Of a DNA stretch of 64,000 nucleotides, positions 57,248 to 64,000 are shown in pieces. The stretch is from an uncultured Gammaproteobacteria bacterium. Its GTDB lineage: Bacteria > Patescibacteriota > Microgenomatia > Levybacterales > UBA12049. Location: contig OZ246394.1 of the NCBI GenBank assembly GCA_965230895.1, positions 101,879 through 165,878 on the forward strand, given 5' to 3'. The notes beneath the pieces are model-generated. The model made no database searches. It saw only the letters and a program-made list of their open reading frames with translations, and was not told the DNA's origin. Every line of letters begins with the position of its first letter. Within the stretch, counting starts at the first letter, position 1. The position numbers and the translations under genes are program-made.

Positions 57248-58363
57248 ATGGATTTATTTGCTCGCTTTCGTAAACAATATCATTCGTTGAACACTATTGA
57301 AGTTTCAAAAAAGGCTTTAGTTCATAATTATAAGTATCTTAATGAATTAACTGACTTAACTGTTGCTCCGGTTTTCAAAAGTAATGCCTATGGACATGGG
57401 TTTGAAATTGCAAAGATTCTCGATAAGGTAAAAGCCCCATTTTTTTGTGTAGACAGTATTTATGAAGCCTACGAACTTCTCAAGCAAGGTGTTAAAACGC
57501 CGATTCTTATCATGGGCTATGTTGATCCACGAAATTTAAAAGTAAAGAAACTGCCTTTTATGTATGCTATATCAACAAAGGAAATGCTTGATGCTGTCAG
57601 TAAATATCAGCCGGATGCTTCAGTACATGTTTTTGTAGATACAGGAATGCACAGGGAAGGTGTGCCGATGGAGGAGCTTGCATCATTTATTGAGATACTT
57701 CGCGCAAAAAAGCATTTAAAAGTGGATGGACTTATGGCTCATTTTGCTGCGTCAGATAATTTTAATGATTTGACGCAGCTGCAAGTAAAGAATTTCCAAA
57801 TTGCCCAAGCTTTGTTTAAAACTGCAGGATTCAATTTAAAATGGATTCATCATGCAAATTCTTCGGCGCTGTTAAATTATAAAAACTACAAAGGAAAAAT
57901 TGGGAATGTTGCACGTGTTGGAATAGCATTGTCTGGAAATGATCCTGAGGCAAAAAATAAAAAGATTAAACCCACATTACAATTTATTTCAACAATTGCG
58001 CAAATTAAGGATTTAGCAAAAGGAGAATCGACTGGATATGATTTTACATTTACTGCAAAGAACGACATGAGAATTGCGGTTGTTCCTGCTGGTTACAACG
58101 ATGGGGTTGATCGACGGCTTTCAAATCTAGGGTGCATGAAAGTAGGGAAGACAGATTGTCCAATAATTGGACGAGTTAGCATGAATCTCACAATGATTAA
58201 TATATCTAATGGTAAGAATATAAAAGTTGGAGATAAAGTCGTTATTTATTCGCATGATTCTCAAGATAAAAACTCAGTGGCAAAAGCTGCAGCAATTTGT
58301 AAAACAATTCCATATGACTTATTAGTTAAGTTGGCGAACTCTACAAAAAGAGTTATGGTTTAG
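57248..58363 (+). CDS. alr: Alanine racemase
   Basis: VFKSNAYGHG PLP lysine, VDTGMHREG, GY, IIGRVSM, TIPYD. Confidence 0.95.
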   Translation: MDLFARFRKQYHSLNTIEVSKKALVHNYKYLNELTDLTVAPVFKSNAYGHGFEIAKILDKVKAPFFCVDSIYEAYELLKQGVKTPILIMGYVDPRNLKVKKLPFMYAISTKEMLDAVSKYQPDASVHVFVDTGMHREGVPMEELASFIEILRAKKHLKVDGLMAHFAASDNFNDLTQLQVKNFQIAQALFKTAGFNLKWIHHANSSALLNYKNYKGKIGNVARVGIALSGNDPEAKNKKIKPTLQFISTIAQIKDLAKGESTGYDFTFTAKNDMRIAVVPAGYNDGVDRRLSNLGCMKVGKTDCPIIGRVSMNLTMINISNGKNIKVGDKVVIYSHDSQDKNSVAKAAAICKTIPYDLLVKLANSTKRVMV

Positions 58364-58400
58364 AACTGTTAAATTCTGCAAAGTAGTTTATAATTGGGTA

Positions 58401-58982
58401 ATGAAAAAGCTTATCTTAGCATCCGCTTCTCCGCGAAGGAAACAATTATTAAAACAAGTCGGTTTAGACTTTGAAGTATTAGCCAGCAATATTGATGAAA
58501 AATTAAATCCTCGGTTTAAACCGTTACATCAAGTAGAAGTCTTGTCTCAGCAGAAGGCAGAAGCGACAGCACAAATGAAAGAAGCAAAAAATGCAGTTAT
58601 TTTGGCAGCTGATTCGATGGTTGCTGTTGATGATGAGATTATGGGAAAACCTAAAAACGAGAAAGATGCTAAGAGAATGTTACGTAAATTAAGTGGGACG
58701 ACACATTCTATTGTCACCGGTTTTACAATACTTGATACAGCGACAAAAAAACATGTTACGAAATCGGTTGAAACAAAAGTATGGTTCAAAAAACTTTCTC
58801 CACAAGAAATCTCTGCATACGTGAAAACTGGCGAGCCAATGGATAAGGCAGGAGCTTATGCAATCCAAGATATTGGATCTATTTTCGTTGAAAGAATTGA
58901 GGGTGATTATCAGGGTGCAGTTGGTTTACCTCTTTTTGCAGTTGCAAAAGAATTAAAGAAGTTCGGGATTACCGTTTTATGA
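58401..58982 (+). CDS. maf: Maf-family nucleoside triphosphate pyrophosphatase
   Basis: LILASASPRR, GKP, DKAGAYAIQ, VGLP. Confidence 0.95.
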   Translation: MKKLILASASPRRKQLLKQVGLDFEVLASNIDEKLNPRFKPLHQVEVLSQQKAEATAQMKEAKNAVILAADSMVAVDDEIMGKPKNEKDAKRMLRKLSGTTHSIVTGFTILDTATKKHVTKSVETKVWFKKLSPQEISAYVKTGEPMDKAGAYAIQDIGSIFVERIEGDYQGAVGLPLFAVAKELKKFGITVL

Positions 58983-58985
58983 TAT

Positions 58986-59729
58986 ATGCAATATAAAGCA
59001 CTCATGTTAGATATGGATGGGACCACTATTCCTAATGAACGGCACGGATTACCTTCCAAAAAAGTTATTGAAGCAATTAGTAAAGCAAATAAAAAGATAA
59101 AGGTTGGAGCTGTAACCGGAAGACCATTTTTTGCTGCAAAAGAAGTCGCTGATATTCTCCATTATAATTGTCCGCTCATTGTTAGTGGCGGCGCACAAAT
59201 TGTTACCAGTGATGGTAAAGTGTTATGGGAAAAAAAGATTAGGAAGCAAGATACTGCTAGGATTTGTACTATTTTGAAAAAGCATACAATGCGTGCACTT
59301 ATCCAGGAAGATGGAGAAAAAGATGTGCAATATACAAATGATTATGTGGCTCGAGATGTTATCTCAATTGCTGTCGCAGACCTCACCGAGAAACAAGCGG
59401 ATCAACTATTGGAAGATTTAAAACCGTTCTCCGAAGTTACCGGACATAAGATTCTCGGATGGATATCAGGGACAACTTGGGTGCAAATCAATCATTCTGA
59501 AGCAACGAAGCAACATGCTATTCTCGTTATTGCTGAATTGCTTGGGATAAAAACACAGGAAATTATTGGGGTGGGCGAAGGGTACAATGATTTCCCACTT
59601 CTTATGGCATGCGGTTTAAAAGTTGCAATGGGAAATGCAGTTTCAGAGCTTAAAGAGATAGCAGATTATGTTGCGCCGAGTGTTGATGATGATGGAGTAG
59701 CAGATGTTATTGAGAAATATATTTTGTAA
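58986..59729 (+). CDS. Cof-type HAD hydrolase
   Basis: LDMDGT, TGR, K, GEGYND, AMGNA, DGVA. Confidence 0.9.
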   Translation: MQYKALMLDMDGTTIPNERHGLPSKKVIEAISKANKKIKVGAVTGRPFFAAKEVADILHYNCPLIVSGGAQIVTSDGKVLWEKKIRKQDTARICTILKKHTMRALIQEDGEKDVQYTNDYVARDVISIAVADLTEKQADQLLEDLKPFSEVTGHKILGWISGTTWVQINHSEATKQHAILVIAELLGIKTQEIIGVGEGYNDFPLLMACGLKVAMGNAVSELKEIADYVAPSVDDDGVADVIEKYIL

Positions 59730-59778
59730 GCCAATCTATTGTTTTTATTGATTTCGTTTGCTATTCTTGTAGCGTTTT

Positions 59779-61584
59779 ATGGCAGCACTAAAAATCAAAC
59801 ACACTTCCTGGAATTTAAAACCTCTGTTCAAATCAGATAATGATCCTGCAATTACAAAACAGCGCGAAGAAGTAGAAAAAGCAAATAAAAAGTTTGTCGC
59901 CAAATGGTCAAAAAGAGAAGATTATTTAACCGATCCAAAAGTACTCAAAAATGCTTTGGATGAATACGAGCTGCTGTCGAAAAACTATGGAACTGATGGT
60001 AACGAAGGGTATTATTTCTGGCTTCGTTCACAACAAGATCAAAACGACCAAGCGATTAAAGCAAAGTTTGCAAAAGTTTTAGATTTCAGTAATAAGCTTC
60101 GAAATGAACTTCAGTTCTTTGAATTACGTTTGGCGAAGGTAGAAAAAGCAAAGCAAAAAGCATTTCTTAAAGATCCTCAATTGAAAGAATACAAGCATTT
60201 TCTTGAAAAGATTTTCCGACAAGCAGATTACTTGTTGAGTGAAGCAGAAGAGAAGATTATGAATTTGAAATCCGATCCAGCGCACATGAAATGGGAGCAA
60301 ATGCTTTCAGGATTTTTATCGAAAGAAGAACGCGAAGTTCTCACCGAATCAGGAAAGAAAGAAAAATTAAATTTTGAGCAATTGATTAGTTTGACCGCAA
60401 GCAAAAAGAAAAGGGTGCGTGATGATGCAGCGAAAGCAGTGAATGAGGTTTTTGAAAAATTGGTAGAAACTGCAGAAGCTGAAATAAATGCAATCCTTGC
60501 GAATAAAAAGATTGACGATGAATTACGCAAAATGCCTCGTCCAGATTTCTCCCGACATTTAGCAGATGATATGGAGAGTGAAGTCGTCGACGCTATAGTC
60601 GAAACAGTATCAAAGCGCTACAAAATTTCACAGAAGTATTACCAGTTTAAAGCAAAGCTGATGGGTGTTTCGAAAATGGAATACCATGAACGGAGTGTCC
60701 CTTTTGGCAAAGTCGATAAAGCATATTCTTTTGAAGATGGAGCTGCGCTTGTTCATAAAGTATTTACCGATTTAGACCAGGAATTTGCAGATGCTCTTTC
60801 ACGATTCTTGGAAAACGGCCAAATAGATGTCTATCCTGCAAAAGGGAAAAGGGGAGGGGCATTTTGTGTTTATTGGCAAGTCGACCAACCTACTTATGTC
60901 ATGTTAAATTATACTAATAAGTTACGTGATATTGAGACTTTAGCACATGAAATGGGGCATGGTATCAATGATGAATTAATGAAAAAGCAAAACGCGTTGA
61001 ATTTTGGGACTCCGACATCAACTGCCGAAGTTGCAAGTACGTTCATGGAAGATTTTGTTTTGCAAGAGATCCTTAAAACAGCGGATGAAGAAACACGTTT
61101 TGGATTGATGATTTCAAAACTTGATACTGAGGTCGCAACAATTTTCCGTCAGATTGCATGTTATCAATTCGAAGCAGATCTGCATCAGCAGTTTCGCGAA
61201 AAAGGATATCTTTCTCATCAGGAGATTGGGAAGATCTTCCAAAAGCATATGGCTGCATATATGGGACCAGGGGTAGAGCAGTCAAAGGGTTCTGAGAATT
61301 GGTGGGTTTATTGGTCACACATAAGAACGTTCTTTTATGTCTATTCATATGCAAGCGGTTTACTCATCTCAAAGTCAATGCAAAATGGTGTGAAAGCTGA
61401 TCCCAAGTTTATTGATAAAGTGAAAGAATTTTTATCCGCTGGGACATCCGCATCACCAAAGGATATTTTCAAGAATGTGGGCATAGATATTACTGATACA
61501 GCATTCTGGGACAATGGTCTTGATGAGGTAGAAAACTTATTGAAAGAGACGCAAAAACTGGCAAAGAAGATGGGCAAGATCTAG
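59779..61584 (+). CDS. pepF: Oligoendopeptidase F (M3B)
   Basis: WNL..LF, GKRGGAF, TLAHEMGH, AEVAS.F.E, FYVYSYA. Confidence 0.92.
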   Translation: MAALKIKHTSWNLKPLFKSDNDPAITKQREEVEKANKKFVAKWSKREDYLTDPKVLKNALDEYELLSKNYGTDGNEGYYFWLRSQQDQNDQAIKAKFAKVLDFSNKLRNELQFFELRLAKVEKAKQKAFLKDPQLKEYKHFLEKIFRQADYLLSEAEEKIMNLKSDPAHMKWEQMLSGFLSKEEREVLTESGKKEKLNFEQLISLTASKKKRVRDDAAKAVNEVFEKLVETAEAEINAILANKKIDDELRKMPRPDFSRHLADDMESEVVDAIVETVSKRYKISQKYYQFKAKLMGVSKMEYHERSVPFGKVDKAYSFEDGAALVHKVFTDLDQEFADALSRFLENGQIDVYPAKGKRGGAFCVYWQVDQPTYVMLNYTNKLRDIETLAHEMGHGINDELMKKQNALNFGTPTSTAEVASTFMEDFVLQEILKTADEETRFGLMISKLDTEVATIFRQIACYQFEADLHQQFREKGYLSHQEIGKIFQKHMAAYMGPGVEQSKGSENWWVYWSHIRTFFYVYSYASGLLISKSMQNGVKADPKFIDKVKEFLSAGTSASPKDIFKNVGIDITDTAFWDNGLDEVENLLKETQKLAKKMGKI

Positions 61585-61669
61585 TGCCGGGAGGGGGAGT
61601 CGAACCCCCACGAGGTATAATCCTCAAAGGTTTTTGAGACCTTCGTGTCTGCCATTCCACCACCCCGGC
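61585..61669 (-). tRNA. tRNA-Leu (anticodon CAA)
   Basis: GCCGGGG acceptor, GGAATGGCAGAC D-arm, AAGGT-CTCAAAA-ACCTT anticodon arm, long variable arm, GGTTCGACTCC T-arm; CCA not encoded. Confidence 0.95.
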
Positions 61670-61725
61670 AAATTTGTTATTGTTCAACCTTGAAAATAAC
61701 GCTTTCCTATTATATACTGCATTGT

Positions 61726-62688
61726 ATGACTATTCAAGAAATATATGACCTCGCAATTGAAATGGCTATAAAAGCTGACCCACGCGGAGCAAGTTTCGTT
61801 AAAAAAAGACTCGAGAAAGCAAACAAAGAATATAAAGATCTCCCAGAAAAGAAGAAAAAATACTTTGATGTTGAAACCCTCACAAATCCATATTCAGATA
61901 CAAGAATGTATCACGGAAATCCAAAGCAACAGGTAAAAAAGATTTTGGCTGGAATCGATATCTCAAGCGCAGAAGTCTTACTCTTTGACCGACTGAATGA
62001 AAAAGGAAAGGGATTAGATCTCCTTATTGCGCATCATCCAGAAGGAATGGCATTGACAGCACTTCATGAAGTTATGGATCTGCAAACAGATATGTACGGA
62101 GTGAATGGAATGCCGCTTAATGTGTCTCATGCTTTGATGCAGGGACGAATGGTGGATGTACAACGAAAGATTCATCCAACTAATTATAATCAGGCAATTG
62201 ATACCGCAAAGCTTTTGGATGTACCTTTCATGTCACTTCATACAATTTGGGACAATCTCGGTAATCAATTTATTTTGGATTATATAAAGGGTAAAGATTA
62301 CGACACAGTTGGAGAAATCATGGAAGATTTGATGAAGATTCCTGAGTATATAGCAGCTACAAAAGAGAAGGCTGGTCCATTGGTTATTTCCGGAAGTGAA
62401 AAGAGTAGAGCAGGTAAAGTTGCTGTTTTCTATACTGGCGGGACAAATCCGGCAAAAGAAATTTATATCGAACTTGCAAAGACAGGTATTGGTACAATCA
62501 TTGATATGCATATGCCAGATGATGCAGTGAAAGAAATGAAGAAGCTTCATGTGAATGTCATCAATGCTGGACATATGTCGAGTGATTCAATCGGAGCAAA
62601 CCTCTTCTTTGACACTCTTGAAAAGAAGGGTGTAGACGTGGTAGCATGTTCTGGGTTCATCCGAGTTCCAGGAAAGGATCGAAAATAA
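61726..62688 (+). CDS. NIF3 (NGG1p-interacting factor)-like protein
   Basis: NPYSDTR, GID, AHHPEG, HT.WDN, AGHMSSDSIG.N. Confidence 0.85.
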   Translation: MTIQEIYDLAIEMAIKADPRGASFVKKRLEKANKEYKDLPEKKKKYFDVETLTNPYSDTRMYHGNPKQQVKKILAGIDISSAEVLLFDRLNEKGKGLDLLIAHHPEGMALTALHEVMDLQTDMYGVNGMPLNVSHALMQGRMVDVQRKIHPTNYNQAIDTAKLLDVPFMSLHTIWDNLGNQFILDYIKGKDYDTVGEIMEDLMKIPEYIAATKEKAGPLVISGSEKSRAGKVAVFYTGGTNPAKEIYIELAKTGIGTIIDMHMPDDAVKEMKKLHVNVINAGHMSSDSIGANLFFDTLEKKGVDVVACSGFIRVPGKDRK

Positions 62689-62689
62689 T

Positions 62690-63253
62690 ATGATAGGAGT
62701 TACTGATTTACGAGCAGGTACAGCATTTGAAGAAGACGGACAATCATTTATTGTGGTTTCATACGAACACATTAAAATGGGTCGTGGTTCAGCAAACATT
62801 AAAGTAAAAGTCCGAAACATTAAAACAGGTGCACTTGTCGAAAAGAGTTATATAAATGGAGCCAAGGTCAAATCTGTTTCCGTTTCAAAAAAGGAAATGC
62901 AATATCTCTACAAAGATGAAGATAATGCATTTTTCATGGACCCGGCAACATATGAACAAGTCACAATTCCATTGGACGTTTTCCCTGACGAACACATTTA
63001 CCTCAGAGAAGGAGATACCTATCCAATTAACATGCTAAAAGATGAGCCAATTGGAATATTATTACCTCCTAAAATGACCTTTATGGTAGCTGAAACTGCT
63101 CCAGGTGCCAAAGGAAACTCAGCGACGAATGTTTTTAAAGAAGCGATTCTTGAAAACGGACTCAAAACTAAGGTTCCTCTCTTTATCGATACGGGTGATA
63201 AGATCCGTGTAGATACCCGTACCGGCGCATATTCAGAAAAAGCATCAGCTTAG
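62690..63253 (+). CDS. efp: Elongation factor P
   Basis: HIKMGRGSA tip, MQYLY, FMD..TYEQ, VPLFI..GDKIRVDTRTG.Y. Confidence 0.97.
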   Translation: MIGVTDLRAGTAFEEDGQSFIVVSYEHIKMGRGSANIKVKVRNIKTGALVEKSYINGAKVKSVSVSKKEMQYLYKDEDNAFFMDPATYEQVTIPLDVFPDEHIYLREGDTYPINMLKDEPIGILLPPKMTFMVAETAPGAKGNSATNVFKEAILENGLKTKVPLFIDTGDKIRVDTRTGAYSEKASA

Positions 63254-63254
63254 C

Positions 63255-64000
63255 ATGAACACATATATCCTTCGTGTTTTATCAGAAAGATCCTTTTTGT
63301 ATCTTTGGATTGGGGAAATTTTTACCCAAATTTCAACGCACTTATTTAACTTCTTCTTAATACTTATTGTCTATAAGCTCACAGAATCGAATACTGCTGT
63401 TTCTATCGCAGTACTTTCTTTTACTGTTCCTTCAATCCTTTTTGGTACATTAGCTGGTGCATATGTAGACCGTTGGGATAAGAAAAAGGTACTTATTATT
63501 ACGACAATTCTTCGAGCACTTTTACTTATTTTGCTTGCCTTCTTCCTAAATAATCTGGTAATGGTTTATTTAATCTCGTTTGTTTTTAATGTACTTGTAC
63601 AATTCTTTATACCAGCTGAAAGCCCAATCATCCCGGCAATTGTACGCAATAAATATCTTATGGGAGCAAATGCACTCTTTGGGCTTGCGATTTATGGATC
63701 AATGCTCGTTGCATATGTCCTTTCAGGTCCTTTATTAATTGCACTCAAACCGTTTACTCTGGCTGTAAGTTTGGGAGTAACGTTAATGTTTGGAGCATTA
63801 TTCATAAGCTTCATCAAGCCATCGTATGAAAAAGCAAAACCTACAGAAGACGAAGAGAAAGAACTCAATCTTGTGAAGGATATTAAAAAAGCATTTAATC
63901 TCATGTCTAAAACTTCAGAAATTTTCAGATCGCTTTTTCTACTTGCACTTTCACAAATCCTTATCCTTACGCTCGCAACAATTGCTCCTGGGTACGCATC
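63255..64000 (+). CDS. MFS transporter, 3'-truncated by the window end
   Basis: MNTYILRVLSERSFLYLWIG...; motif A GAYVDRWDKKKV, FFIPAE; open to the window edge. Confidence 0.85.
   Translation, partial: MNTYILRVLSERSFLYLWIGEIFTQISTHLFNFFLILIVYKLTESNTAVSIAVLSFTVPSILFGTLAGAYVDRWDKKKVLIITTILRALLLILLAFFLNNLVMVYLISFVFNVLVQFFIPAESPIIPAIVRNKYLMGANALFGLAIYGSMLVAYVLSGPLLIALKPFTLAVSLGVTLMFGALFISFIKPSYEKAKPTEDEEKELNLVKDIKKAFNLMSKTSEIFRSLFLLALSQILILTLATIAPGYA

Noticed and set aside
56162-58363. ddl-alr as a vancomycin-resistance (van) cluster
   Set aside because: The omega loop FYSYEAKY is the D-Ala-D-Ala type; no vanH/X/Y/R/S; the context is murF-ddl-alr
61585-61669. tRNA-Leu as an island integration site
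   Set aside because: No duplicated tRNA 3' end or integrase noticed; flanked by housekeeping genes
1-64000. CRISPR array, prophage, integrase or transposase
   Set aside because: No regularly spaced repeats and no recognisable cas, phage, integrase or transposase motifs

Overview
This is a gene-dense, AT-rich bacterial chromosome segment using genetic code 11. It is most consistent with a Patescibacteria/CPR genome, probably Microgenomates. That is an inference from the N-terminally shortened RF1 and MurF, the EF-P tip KMGRG, many membrane-anchored proteins with Pro-Thr linkers and many orphans. Housekeeping content includes zur-znuACB, malQ, a PIF1 helicase, trhO, an OmpR-family two-component system, dipZ, a marR-MacAB-like exporter, pyk, ychF, rpsF-ssb-rpsR, ctpA-htrA-surA-like genes, prfA, rpmE, hisS, dnaB, murF-ddl-alr, maf, pepF, tRNA-Leu(CAA), nif3-efp and a partial MFS transporter. 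I saw no CRISPR array, transposase, integrase or prophage. Highlights: (1) several apparent orphans are strongly diverged enzymes with reduced hydrophobicity (a DesA/delta-9 desaturase homologue and a CDP-alcohol phosphatidyltransferase homologue) or a truncated form (a PrmC homologue); they share M-x-E N-termini and basic C-termini and are hypothesised to be host-directed effectors; (2) a four-promoter regulon marked by NTTAAG-N5-NTTAAG exactly 10 bp upstream of the -10 box links the two-component system, htrA and uncharacterised secreted helical proteins; (3) leaderless-type promoters are pervasive; (4) the pyruvate kinase has only the A domain. All product calls come from motif recognition by eye, not database searches.
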